Source: Cenarchaeum sp.
Lineage (GTDB): Archaea; Thermoproteota; Nitrososphaeria; Nitrososphaerales; Nitrosopumilaceae
Length of the DNA: 64,000 nucleotides
Reading direction: 5' to 3'
Assembly: GCA_965212015.1 (NCBI GenBank)
Contig: OZ243037.1
Coordinates: forward strand, 448,001-512,000
The notes beneath the pieces were generated by a model. The model did not search any database, was not told the origin of the DNA, and was given only the letters and a program-made list of their open reading frames with translations. Below, piece by piece: positions 31,095 through 40,955 of the stretch. Made by a program: the position numbers and the translations under genes. Position 1 is the stretch's first letter, and each line of letters opens with the position of its first letter.

Positions 31095-32348
31095 TTATCG
31101 TACGGCCTTACGGATATTTTTGTTATAAAAAATATTTACATCCTCGGTTGTTTTGTAATAGACTTCCTTTCCATTAGTTTCCTTCTTGATTACAAAATTA
31201 AGATTCAGGAATTTATCCACATAATCTTTTAGCGCCTGCCTGGAGTTTAACTTGAATTTTTTAAAATCCTTGAGCTGAAATATGTTTATTTTTGCCGCTC
31301 GTTCTAGCAATACGTATTGCCGTTTGGACAGATCTGCCTCGCCGATGCGTTTTTGGGCATCCGCGAATAGCATCCTTTGTGCCATCTGTAAGGGGATACT
31401 TCGTATTGTTGGAAAATCCGTAATAAAGGCATGAATCAGATCAGTTGATTGCTTCAGAATGTATCTTGTTTCTCCTTTTGATACTTCGTATAGTGTTTTT
31501 ATGATTTCGTTTGGAATTATTAACTGCATATGGTTTTTTATGGTTAAATTCTGATAACGGATTTTTATCATGTTATTTATTTCGTTTTCACTCATAGGGT
31601 CAATGACTATTGGTTTTCCGGCAATGATCGCACCAACCCTGTGGGCTTTTCTCTCTATCACAGATAATAGGCCTTTCTCACCTATTATTATCCACCAAAT
31701 GTGTTTTCTGGCAAGCAGATTGTCCCGCATTGAATTGAGAAAATCAATTATGTGATCATCGGACATGATATCCAAATTATCAATAATCATCACGATGGCA
31801 TCAAAATCTGTTTTTTCCATCACAAATTCTATCCATTTGTCCATAAGATTTAGTATCGATGGCAGCAGTACGGTTGTAGTTTGTTTTGAATTCTCGCCGC
31901 TGCCAAATCCTGCAATCGTAAAATTACCCCCCCATCCTTTATCTATGGATTGAGTTATCAATTTCCTTGCATTCCTGTGTATCGGATATCTCATCAAGGA
32001 TCGATAATCAAGCGTTTTTTCCAGATTAAAAATCATGTTGGAAAAAACCGATAGCATGAAATTTATGGAATCGGTATTTTTGGTCAATTCAATTTTTTCA
32101 AACGCCGGTAATACTCTGCATTTTTTCCATGCATCATATTGGAAAATATTCACAAAGCTTGTTTTTCCTACCCCCACCTCCCCTTCGACTAGAATTATCC
32201 CGCTAATATCGCCACGCAGTATGGTGTCTAATTTTTGCAGTTCTTTTTCCCGACCCACAAACAGCCTTCGATCTTCCTTGTTTGTTAGCAACGGTTTGGA
32301 ATCATACGGATTTGCCTCCAATCCGAAATCTCGCCAAAACATACCCAT
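31095..32348 (-). CDS. AAA+/P-loop ATPase with probable C-terminal winged helix
   Basis: FGLEANPY, FVGREKEL, GEVGVGKTS, IIDNLD, GETR; C-terminal helix-turn-helix plus KEVYY wing. Confidence 0.82.
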   Translation of the reverse strand: MGMFWRDFGLEANPYDSKPLLTNKEDRRLFVGREKELQKLDTILRGDISGIILVEGEVGVGKTSFVNIFQYDAWKKCRVLPAFEKIELTKNTDSINFMLSVFSNMIFNLEKTLDYRSLMRYPIHRNARKLITQSIDKGWGGNFTIAGFGSGENSKQTTTVLLPSILNLMDKWIEFVMEKTDFDAIVMIIDNLDIMSDDHIIDFLNSMRDNLLARKHIWWIIIGEKGLLSVIERKAHRVGAIIAGKPIVIDPMSENEINNMIKIRYQNLTIKNHMQLIIPNEIIKTLYEVSKGETRYILKQSTDLIHAFITDFPTIRSIPLQMAQRMLFADAQKRIGEADLSKRQYVLLERAAKINIFQLKDFKKFKLNSRQALKDYVDKFLNLNFVIKKETNGKEVYYKTTEDVNIFYNKNIRKAVR

Positions 32349-32385
32349 GCATGGTATGCCAGAAAAGGATTAAAAATGTTTTTAG

Positions 32386-32532
32386 CTTTACAAAAACTTT
32401 GTAAAGTCCTTTTGGCTTTACAAAAACTTTGTAAAGTGGGTTTCACTATTTGGCACTTTACAAAAACCAGATCCGGCCCATCTCAGTACACGCCCAGTCG
32501 TGACTAGGCGTGAATTTCGCATCATGGGTGTC
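32386..32532. repeat. Second palindrome array (2.5 copies) plus tail, immediately upstream of the ATPase
   Basis: Palindromes at 32386 and 32416, half-site 32456; offset 2939 bp from the first copy. Confidence 0.95.
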
Positions 32533-32781
32533 TTTCAGGCAAGAGTGACACCATGCTGCGGTCTTTTTTGGCTCTGTAATCAGCAGTTGATAGGCAGAGC
32601 CGCGTCAAAAACGTCGGTTAATACACAGATATTGCGATCATACGCGTAAAATTGTATGAGGCCACGTCCCACTAGAACCGGGCGTGAATTTTGCATTATG
32701 GTTGTCTTTTAGGCATGGCAGGTGACCTCGTACGTAAAATTTACCAGCAATCTTAAATAAGATCATACACATACAAAAAAC

Positions 32782-32916
32782 ATGTTCGGTAAAAAAAACA
32801 AGGAACCCGAGAAGGAAAACGAGGAATTTTATGGAAGCCAGGAAGGACGGCGTCTACTGACAGATACAAATATGGGACTAAAGACGGGCAAACCAAGACC
32901 TGAATCCAGCGAATAA
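32782..32916 (+). CDS. 44-aa peptide (not in ORF track)
   Basis: MFGKKNKEPEKENEEFYGSQEGRRLLTDTNMGLKTGKPRPESSE; CTTAAATAA about 25 nt upstream; overlaps the convergent gene by 39 nt. Confidence 0.45.
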   Translation: MFGKKNKEPEKENEEFYGSQEGRRLLTDTNMGLKTGKPRPESSE

Positions 32917-33459
32917 CATGGTGTGTTTTTTTAGGTTTTCCATAATCTCCGGAATTTCTTTTTTTAGGCGAAATTCATTATTGCTCATCCATTCAAAGTA
33001 TGTAGAAATGGAGTTCTGAGGAATTTCATCCAGTTGGTCGTTTTGTATATCCCCTACAGCTTCTAAATGTTTATTGTGTGTTTTAATTCGCTTAAAAGTA
33101 TCTTGAACCATTTGCTGCAATTTTGGCTCTAGAAAATTTATCCACCCAGAAAAAATCAGACTGTCATAAATATCATGATTTAGAATTCTGTTCATAAAAA
33201 ATACTGTTTCTTTTCCCCCTTTAGCATTTGTAATTTCTACGTTGTAGGATTCTTTTTCATGTTTTTCATGATCCAAGCTTTTGAGCGTGTCCTCTAGTTC
33301 AATATATAGGCTTTTTGATGTGCGTCGTCTATGGCTGTCTTTGTTAGAAAAATAATAAACCGCAGATGTAGGAACTGTTAGAATTGCGACCCAAGCTGCA
33401 ACAGTGAATAAGAGGTTATCCTCCATCACTACGGAAGTGAACCATTCTAGAGGATCCAT
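32878..33459 (-). CDS. Hypothetical AT-rich membrane-anchored protein
   Basis: 193-aa ORF, one TM helix, TTTATAA upstream. Confidence 0.7.
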   Translation of the reverse strand: MDPLEWFTSVVMEDNLLFTVAAWVAILTVPTSAVYYFSNKDSHRRRTSKSLYIELEDTLKSLDHEKHEKESYNVEITNAKGGKETVFFMNRILNHDIYDSLIFSGWINFLEPKLQQMVQDTFKRIKTHNKHLEAVGDIQNDQLDEIPQNSISTYFEWMSNNEFRLKKEIPEIMENLKKHTMLFAGFRSWFARL

Positions 33460-33582
33460 ATCAATGGCACCACACCGTGGCGTTTATAAATAACGATTTA
33501 AATAAAGTACATAAATCTCTATAAAGTGAGCTGGTTTTCAACTAAATTCCGGCATTAATCCCCGGGTGCAATCAACCAGCCA

Positions 33583-33797
33583 TACAGCTACGTCGATCAC
33601 AAGTTATTTCACCTCACAGACTGCGCTTTAAATAGCGATAGATATCCAAATTGTTTCTGAAATACTCTGATACTGTAATCCACATTTTCTCTGCAGTCTC
33701 GTAATACTCGGAATGGACTAGCTCATATTTGGCCTGTCGCCAGCACTCTTCGATGGTACTGAGTTGTGGTGAGTAAGTTGGAAGATAATACAGGATC
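33583..33797 (-). pseudogene. IS630-family transposase 3' remnant
   Basis: ILYYLPTYSPQLSTIEECWRQAK matches the IS630 LPxYSPxLNPIExxW motif; the 5' part is missing. Confidence 0.82.
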
Positions 33798-33893
33798 AGC
33801 ATCGGCAGGCCTGGGACACTTGGGTTTAGATGCCGCCACCGACTCTGCAATCTTGTATTTGGATCCAGAGTCTTTATTCTTGTCGTTTCCCAT
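33723..33893 (-). pseudogene. Paralogue of the 38-aa peptide fused to the IS630 remnant
   Basis: MGNDKNKDSGSKYKIAESVAASKPKCPRPADADP then runs into IS sequence. Confidence 0.65.
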
Positions 33894-34151
33894 ATGACAG
33901 GGTAAATGCTACTGCCATATTTATTTTACCTAAAATCAGCCATAAAAAAACGGCAAGAATGCTGTAAGCGTCACGATCACCCTCTCGTCATTATAGGAAG
34001 GTATCCTGCCCCACTGGGAGCCGAGATCATCTGGCCCATCCCCGTGCACATTCCGTCTCCTAGGCACAGATTTCACGCCGCACGGCCCCCTCCCGTACCG
34101 CGGGCCTTTTTAAAATCTTAAATATGCACAATATGCTGACTCTAGTCATGG

Positions 34152-35498
34152 GTGGACGCCTTTGGAGACATGGAGACAAAAGTAGTACCCCTAGACCTTG
34201 CTGAAAACCAGTTTCAAATTTACGGCAAAATCTCGCCGAATTATTCGCACTCGTTTCTCTTCGAGTCGCTGACCGGCCCAGAAGAGCTATCAGAGACCTC
34301 GGTGATGGGCTTTGATCCCGGCGCAATAGTCCGCGGATATTCCGACAGGATAGAGACTACATACAGGGACGGCCGCACAGAGACTGCACCCACCAAAAAC
34401 CCGCTCTCGGAGATAAAAAAGCTGTTCGGGGCCCCCTCTGATGAATCATACAGGTATCTTGGCGGCGCGGTGGGAATGGTAAACTATGACGCCGTACGAT
34501 TAATCGAGGATATGCCGGGGGAGCACCCCACAGTGCCGCTGATGGAGTTTGGAATGTACGACGACGGCATCATGTATGATAACGTGCAAAAAAAGCCGTT
34601 TTACTTTTACCGCGGAACAGACCGCTTTTCTGAGCTAAAAATTACGGAAAACAGCCCATCTGTGAGGGTGTCTGACATTAGAGAGGAGACGGGCAGTAAA
34701 GAGTATCACAGTATGGTAGAGCGCGCAAAAAAATACATACACGCAGGCGACATATTCCAGGTGGTGCTGTCTCGCAGGTTTTCGTTTGACGTCACAGGCG
34801 ACTATCTGGCCATATACGAAAAGCTGCGGGGTACAAACCCGTCGCCCTACATGTACCACCTAAAGCAGGGCAAAAAAACCACAATCGGCGCGTCACCGGA
34901 AATGCTGGTCCGCATAACCGGCAGTACGGTAGAGACATTTCCGATAGCCGGCACTAGAAGGACCGGCAATGACGAGGCCGAAAACAGCAAGCTCGCCCAT
35001 GATCTATTACACGACGAAAAGGAGCTGGCAGAGCACACAATGCTAGTAGACCTGGGCCGCAACGACATTGGGCGCGTCTGCAGATACGGAACCGTTCAGG
35101 TAAGGGAGCTAATGAAGATAAAGAGGTTCAGCCACGTGCAGCACATGGTGACGCACGTGACGGGGACGCTTGACGAGTCAAGGGACATGTTTGATGCCTT
35201 TGCCGCCGTGTTTCCCGCAGGCACGGTCACCGGCGCCCCAAAGGTGCGCGCAATGGAGATAATCGGCGAGCTGGAGGGCCGGATAAGGGGCCCGTATGCC
35301 GGCGCAGTAGGGTACTTTTCGTATAACGGGTGCTGCGACTTTGCAATAGCAATACGGAGCATATTCATAAATGACGGCAGGGGGTTTGTCCAGTCCGGCG
35401 CCGGAATCGTCTTTGACTCTGTGGCGCAAAACGAGTTTGATGAGACGCAGTATAAAGCAGGCGCCATGATGCAGGCACTCAGGGAGGCATCGGATTGA
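34152..35498 (+). CDS. trpE: Anthranilate synthase component I
   Basis: FLFES, GDIFQVVLS, NPSPYM, AEHTMLVDLGRND, PAGTVTGAPK. Confidence 0.97.
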   Translation: MDAFGDMETKVVPLDLAENQFQIYGKISPNYSHSFLFESLTGPEELSETSVMGFDPGAIVRGYSDRIETTYRDGRTETAPTKNPLSEIKKLFGAPSDESYRYLGGAVGMVNYDAVRLIEDMPGEHPTVPLMEFGMYDDGIMYDNVQKKPFYFYRGTDRFSELKITENSPSVRVSDIREETGSKEYHSMVERAKKYIHAGDIFQVVLSRRFSFDVTGDYLAIYEKLRGTNPSPYMYHLKQGKKTTIGASPEMLVRITGSTVETFPIAGTRRTGNDEAENSKLAHDLLHDEKELAEHTMLVDLGRNDIGRVCRYGTVQVRELMKIKRFSHVQHMVTHVTGTLDESRDMFDAFAAVFPAGTVTGAPKVRAMEIIGELEGRIRGPYAGAVGYFSYNGCCDFAIAIRSIFINDGRGFVQSGAGIVFDSVAQNEFDETQYKAGAMMQALREASD

Positions 35499-36085
35499 GG
35501 TTTCTAATAATAGACAACTATGACTCGTTTGTATACAATATAGCCCAGTATCTCGGCGAGCTGGGAGTCGACTGTACTGTTACCAGAAACGACAAGATTA
35601 CACTAGAACAGATAAGGCGCGAAAAGTACGACGCAATAGTAATCTCGCCGGGGCCCGGAACCCCGGAGGATGAGCGATACTTTGGGATCTGCATGGACGT
35701 GATACGCGAGTGCGGCCCCACCATACCGCTGCTCGGAATATGCCTGGGCCACCAGGGGATAATCCACGCCTTTGGCGGAAAGGTGACAAACGCAGGATGC
35801 ATCAGGCACGGCAAGACCAGTCCGGTCGCGCATACCGGGGCGCCGCTGTTCTCCGGCGTGGCAAACCCGTTTTCCGCCACAAGATACCATTCCCTGGTGG
35901 GCGACAGAACCGTAATCCCCGAGTCCCTCGAGGTCACTGCTACTTCACAGGACGACTCTGAGGTAATGGCCATACGGCACAAGAAATACCTCATCGAGGG
36001 CGTACAGTTCCACCCAGAGTCGATAATGACCGACGAGGGAAAAAAGATACTTGGAAACTTTGTAGGCGAGGTGCGAGACAGGTGA
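35495..36085 (+). CDS. trpG: Anthranilate synthase component II
   Basis: IDNYDSF, SPGPG, GICLGHQ, QFHPES. Confidence 0.97.
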   Translation: MRFLIIDNYDSFVYNIAQYLGELGVDCTVTRNDKITLEQIRREKYDAIVISPGPGTPEDERYFGICMDVIRECGPTIPLLGICLGHQGIIHAFGGKVTNAGCIRHGKTSPVAHTGAPLFSGVANPFSATRYHSLVGDRTVIPESLEVTATSQDDSEVMAIRHKKYLIEGVQFHPESIMTDEGKKILGNFVGEVRDR

Positions 36086-37128
36086 TTGCAGAGTGCATAT
36101 CCGCGCTAAATGGCGGATCGGATCTTTCGTACAAGCAGGCAAAATCCGCCGCACTTGAGATGCTGCGCGGCGGCCTTACAGATGTCGAAGCTCACGAGTT
36201 TTTATCCGGCCTGGCGGCAAAGGGCGAGACTGACGACGAGCTTGCAGGCATGCTAGACGCAATGCGTGACAATGCCGTCCGGATGACCATACGGAACGCC
36301 AATAAAGTGATAGACGTGTGCGGTACGGGCGGCGACGGGCTGGGAACGTTCAACATATCGACTGCGACGGCATTCGTTGTTGCCGCATCCGGTACTGCCG
36401 TGGCAAAGCACGGAAACCGCTCCAGCTCCGGCGGGCTTGGAAGCGCCGATGTATTTGAGTGCCTCGGATGCGAGCTTGACGCATCCCCGCAGCGTTTGTC
36501 CGAAATGCTGGAAAAATTCAACATTTGCTTCATGTTTGCGCAACGGTTCCATCCCGCAATGAAGAATATCGCGCACGTGAGAAAAAAGATTGGCACGCGC
36601 ACGGCCTTTAACATGCTGGGGCCCCTGTGCAATCCCGCATACGTCACAGGCCAGCTGGTAGGCGTGTTTTCAGATAATCTGCTAGAGCGCATTCCGTCTC
36701 TCCTGAAAAGGGGCGGCGCAAAAAGCGTCATGGCGGTAAGATCTGCTGACGGCCTGGATGAGCTATCCACTAGCTCAAAGAACAAAATATGCACAATGCG
36801 CGACGGCAGGACCGTATCTGACGTGATAGACCCGGAAAAGCTTGGCCTGCGACACTCGTCGCTGCGCGACATTCAGGTTGGCACAAAACAGCAGGCCATG
36901 CGAGCATTTGTCTCTGTATTGGAGGGAACCGCAAACACCGCAATGACGCAGACTATTATGTTAAATGCGGCAGCGGCGCTAATCGTGGGCGGCGGGGCTG
37001 CGGATTTTTCCTCCGGAATAGAGATTGCAGATGATGCGATAAAAAGCGGCAGGACTGCCAGGCTGCTGCACGATTTCACAAAGAGTGCGGGTGACATTGT
37101 AAAGCTCGAGGAGATATTGGGAGCATGA
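36082..37128 (+). CDS. trpD: Anthranilate phosphoribosyltransferase
   Basis: DVCGTGGDG..TFNIST, AKHGNRS, DGLDE. Confidence 0.97.
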   Translation: MIAECISALNGGSDLSYKQAKSAALEMLRGGLTDVEAHEFLSGLAAKGETDDELAGMLDAMRDNAVRMTIRNANKVIDVCGTGGDGLGTFNISTATAFVVAASGTAVAKHGNRSSSGGLGSADVFECLGCELDASPQRLSEMLEKFNICFMFAQRFHPAMKNIAHVRKKIGTRTAFNMLGPLCNPAYVTGQLVGVFSDNLLERIPSLLKRGGAKSVMAVRSADGLDELSTSSKNKICTMRDGRTVSDVIDPEKLGLRHSSLRDIQVGTKQQAMRAFVSVLEGTANTAMTQTIMLNAAAALIVGGGAADFSSGIEIADDAIKSGRTARLLHDFTKSAGDIVKLEEILGA

Positions 37129-37889
37129 GACACATACTCGAGGAGCTGGTGGAAAACTCGCAGAGGGCCATAAATGACGGCGTATACGACATACGGGACA
37201 GCCTCGAAAAATCCGGAACAAACCTGCCGCAGGCGATAAAAAACGCGCCGCACGCCGCCCTGATAACGGAGATAAAGTTCTCGTCTCCGTCTGCCGGAAC
37301 GATAAGGGCGGCGTCTAGTCCTGCACATATTGCAGAATCAATGGTCGCAGGCGGGGCGTGCGCGCTGTCCGTTCTCACGCAGCCGTATTTGTTTGGCGGC
37401 TCGCCGGAGTATTTCATGCAGGTGCGCAGTACGGTGAATGTGCCGATGCTGATGAAGGACATAATAATAGACAAAATCCAGATAGACGCCGCACGGACCA
37501 TGGGTGCGGACTGTATCCTGCTAATCCAGTCGCTGCTCGACGGGGAGCGCCTGGATAAATACATCAGGTACGGCCACAAAATGGGCCTCGGCGTACTGCT
37601 AGAGGTGCACACTGCAAAAGAGTTTGTCTGCGCGCTAGACACGGATGCGGATATAATCGGCATCAACAACCGCAACCTGGACACGCTGGAGGTGGACACG
37701 GATACGACGGGCAGGATTCTTGCCGGATACGACGGGCAGAGGCATATAATATCTGAGAGCGGCATTGATACCGCACAGGACGTTATGGCGCTCAGAGACG
37801 CCGGCGCCTGCGGCTTTCTTGTGGGTTCGAGCATAATGAAAAGCAATAATATCAAAGACGCCGTAAAAGCGCTGGTGAACGCGTATTGA
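37125..37889 (+). CDS. trpC: Indole-3-glycerol-phosphate synthase
   Basis: [28 protein letters not shown]. Confidence 0.97.
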   Translation: MRHILEELVENSQRAINDGVYDIRDSLEKSGTNLPQAIKNAPHAALITEIKFSSPSAGTIRAASSPAHIAESMVAGGACALSVLTQPYLFGGSPEYFMQVRSTVNVPMLMKDIIIDKIQIDAARTMGADCILLIQSLLDGERLDKYIRYGHKMGLGVLLEVHTAKEFVCALDTDADIIGINNRNLDTLEVDTDTTGRILAGYDGQRHIISESGIDTAQDVMALRDAGACGFLVGSSIMKSNNIKDAVKALVNAY

Positions 37890-39064
37890 GATATCCGAAT
37901 AACGGCAGGTTCGGCGAGTTTGGCGGCAGGTACATCCCGGAGACTCTGTTTCCCGCAGTGCAGGAGCTGGAAGAGGCGTACCTGAAGGCCAAGGACGATG
38001 CCGGCTTTAAAAAAGAGCTGAACCGCTATCTTTGCGCGTACGCAGGACGGCCCACGCCGCTGTACCTTGCAGAAAAGCTGACCAGAAAGGTCGGCGGCGC
38101 AAAGATATACCTGAAAAGGGAAGACCTGCTGCACGGCGGCGCGCACAAGATAAACAACACACTCGGGCAGGCGCTGCTGGCAAAAAGGATGAAAAAGAGG
38201 CGCATAATAGCAGAGACCGGTGCGGGCCAGCACGGAGTTGCCACGGCAATGGCGTGCGCATGCCTCGGGATGGATTCCGAGGTATACATGGGGTACAGGG
38301 ATACGGTCCGCCAAAAGCTCAACGTGTTCAGGATGAACCTGCTTGGCGCAAGGGTGCACCCCGTAAGGCTTGGCAGCATGACATTAAAGGACGCAATCAA
38401 CGAGGCCATACGCGACTGGATTACAAACGTAAAGGACACGTACTATCTCTTGGGCTCGGCAGTAGGCCCGCACCCGTACCCCGTAATGGTAAGGGACTTT
38501 CAGAGCGTGATCGGCCAAGAGATAAAAAGACAGATGAATGGGACTCCTGATGCCGTAGTTGCGTGCGTCGGCGGCGGCTCCAACGCGATAGGGACGTTCT
38601 ATCCCCTTATCGGCACGGATGCGCAGCTGGTGGGAGTAGAGGCGGCAGGCGAGGGGCTGGATACCGGAAGGCATTCTGCTGCGCTGTGTGCCGGAAGCAG
38701 GGGCGTACTGCACGGAATGATGACGTATCTGTTACAGGACGAGCAGGGCCAGATAGCAGAGACGCACAGCATATCGGCCGGACTCGACTATCCGGGCGTG
38801 GGCCCCGAGCACGCGCACCTAAAGGAGACGGGGCGCGTAAAATACCGCACGGCAAAAGACGCCGACGTGATTGACGCATTTCTCACACTTACGAGAACCG
38901 AGGGCATAATTCCCGCCCTGGAATCGGCGCACGCGGTGTCCGAGGCGATGAGGCTGGCATCATCCATGCCAAAGTCAGAGTCGGTTATAGTCACGCTGTC
39001 CGGCAGGGGTGATAAGGACGTGGAGATTGTACAGGGGTATCTGGACGGAAATGACAAGGATTAG
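37886..39064 (+). CDS. trpB: Tryptophan synthase beta chain
   Basis: [36 protein letters not shown]. Confidence 0.98.
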   Translation: MRYPNNGRFGEFGGRYIPETLFPAVQELEEAYLKAKDDAGFKKELNRYLCAYAGRPTPLYLAEKLTRKVGGAKIYLKREDLLHGGAHKINNTLGQALLAKRMKKRRIIAETGAGQHGVATAMACACLGMDSEVYMGYRDTVRQKLNVFRMNLLGARVHPVRLGSMTLKDAINEAIRDWITNVKDTYYLLGSAVGPHPYPVMVRDFQSVIGQEIKRQMNGTPDAVVACVGGGSNAIGTFYPLIGTDAQLVGVEAAGEGLDTGRHSAALCAGSRGVLHGMMTYLLQDEQGQIAETHSISAGLDYPGVGPEHAHLKETGRVKYRTAKDADVIDAFLTLTRTEGIIPALESAHAVSEAMRLASSMPKSESVIVTLSGRGDKDVEIVQGYLDGNDKD

Positions 39065-39845
39065 CCAGGCGTTTGAGCGGCTGCGCGCCAATGGGGAAAA
39101 GGCGCTCATCACGTATGTAATGGCCGGCCACCTCCCGCAAAGAGACACGCTGTCTGTCCTGCGCGGCATGATAGACGGCGGGGCCGACATTATAGAGCTC
39201 GGCTTTCCGTTCTCAGACCCGCTTGCCGACGGCGGCGTGATTCAGGGGGCAGCAGCTGCTGCGCTAAAGAGGGGCACCAGCATGTCTGACTATTTTGCGC
39301 TGGTAAAAAAGATAAGAAAAGAGACGGATATTCCGCTCGTACTAATGACATACACCAACATACTGTACCGTGCGGGATATTCGAAATTCATCGGTGACGC
39401 AGTAAATGCGGGAATAGACGGCCTCATCTTACCGGACATGTCAATCGAAGAGTCCGCAGAATATACGGATGCGGCAAGGGGAATGGCCGACACCATATTT
39501 CTAGTCTCGCCGAACACTAGCAGAAAAAGGCTGCAGGCGATAGCGAAAAAGTCGACTGGATTTTTGTACCTTGTGGCGGTGTATGGCACCACAGGGGCGG
39601 GCGGCAATGCCGTATTTGCGCCAGATGCCATTCGCAGGGCAAAGAGGACGGTGCGCGGCCTGCCAGTCGGAATCGGCTTTGGCGTTGCAACACCGTCAGA
39701 CGTCAAAAGATACGTGCAGGCAGGTGCGGATGCCGTAATTGTGGGCAGCGCGTTTTTGCGCCTGATAGAGAGGACCGGCAGGGGGGATCTACGGGGTGTA
39801 ATTGCGGCGTTCACAAGGAGCCTAAAGCGGCAGACCAAACCGTGA
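39051..39845 (+). CDS. trpA: Tryptophan synthase alpha chain
   Basis: [26 protein letters not shown]; start MTRISQAF. Confidence 0.97.
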   Translation: MTRISQAFERLRANGEKALITYVMAGHLPQRDTLSVLRGMIDGGADIIELGFPFSDPLADGGVIQGAAAAALKRGTSMSDYFALVKKIRKETDIPLVLMTYTNILYRAGYSKFIGDAVNAGIDGLILPDMSIEESAEYTDAARGMADTIFLVSPNTSRKRLQAIAKKSTGFLYLVAVYGTTGAGGNAVFAPDAIRRAKRTVRGLPVGIGFGVATPSDVKRYVQAGADAVIVGSAFLRLIERTGRGDLRGVIAAFTRSLKRQTKP

Positions 39846-39931
39846 GGTTATTGCTGCGGCGTATGCGGATCTGCACTGAAAAACCAATACCGGCCTGTAT
39901 AGTCAGGGTGTGAGGAATCCATATTTTGTGT

Positions 39932-40132
39932 AATGATACTTGCTTATAGGGGAAGTGTCATGACATGGAAAGTAATACTTAAATATTTCATGGAATGATA
40001 CTTGCTTATAGGGGAAGTGTCATGACATGGAAAGTAATACTTAAATATTTCATGGAATGATACTTGCTTATAGGGGAAGTGTCATGACATGGAAAGTAAT
40101 ACTTAAATATTTCATGGAATGATACTTGCTTA
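39932..40132 (+). promoter_or_regulatory. 62-bp tandem repeat x3.2 containing the abiE promoter/operator
   Basis: Identical units at 39932, 39994, 40056, partial 40118; each has a CTTAAATA box and the imperfect inverted repeat TGATACTTGC-n7-GGAAGTGTCA. Confidence 0.85.
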
Positions 40133-40145
40133 ACAGGAAAGTATT

Positions 40146-40955
40146 ATGGCACAAAAAGTAAACTTGGAATCAAAGTTAATGCTGACTTTGGAGGAGAAGG
40201 ACATGTCGGTATTTACAACCAATGATGCAAAGGACATCCTAAAGACCACGGATTCGTCTGTCTGGGGCATTCTAAACGGGCTGACGCACAAAAAAAGGAT
40301 CCAGAGAATAGAGCGCGGCAGGTATCTTTTGGTTCCCGCAAGGGCAGGAACAGACATGTACTGGACCGAATATCCCTGGGTAATAGTCCCCCATCTTGTC
40401 GACACATATTATGTTGGATTCTGGACTGCGATGAATTTCTGGGACATGACAGAGCAGATACCGTATACGGTTTTTGTCGCCACTACCAAGAGAAAGCGGA
40501 ATCTGGAGTTTGGAGACCAGAGATTCAAGTTTGTAACGCTGTCGAGTAAAAAATTCTTTGGGTTTGTTGAGAAAAAAGCAAGTAAAGATAAATTTTTCAA
40601 TATATCATCAAGGGAAAAAACGATTGTTGACGGGCTGGCGCATCCGGAATATTGTGGAGGAATTCCGGAGGTGACAAAGGCAATGTGGAGCGTACGAAAG
40701 GAGGTCGACTGGCAGATCGTCCTTGATATGGCAGAAAAAATGAGGATTAACGTGGTGTTAAAGCGGCTGGGCTATCTGCTTTCCATTCTGGATATTGAGG
40801 AGGGGATTTCTCGTAAAATTAAAAAAATAAAAAAACACCCGTATCAATATCTTGATCATGCCACAAGCGGGACAAAGGTCAAAAATTCAAAGGAATACGG
40901 GCTGATAATCAACATGACGGATTATGAATTGCTTGATTGGATGGAACAAAAATGA
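40146..40955 (+). CDS. abiEi: Type IV TA antitoxin AbiEi (wHTH)
   Basis: RIERGRYL, YYVGFWTAM.F..MTEQIP, REKTIVD...PEYCGG, KRLGYL. Confidence 0.92.
   Translation: MAQKVNLESKLMLTLEEKDMSVFTTNDAKDILKTTDSSVWGILNGLTHKKRIQRIERGRYLLVPARAGTDMYWTEYPWVIVPHLVDTYYVGFWTAMNFWDMTEQIPYTVFVATTKRKRNLEFGDQRFKFVTLSSKKFFGFVEKKASKDKFFNISSREKTIVDGLAHPEYCGGIPEVTKAMWSVRKEVDWQIVLDMAEKMRINVVLKRLGYLLSILDIEEGISRKIKKIKKHPYQYLDHATSGTKVKNSKEYGLIINMTDYELLDWMEQK

Noticed and set aside
39932-40132. CRISPR array
   Set aside because: Whole 62-bp units are identical with no unique spacers
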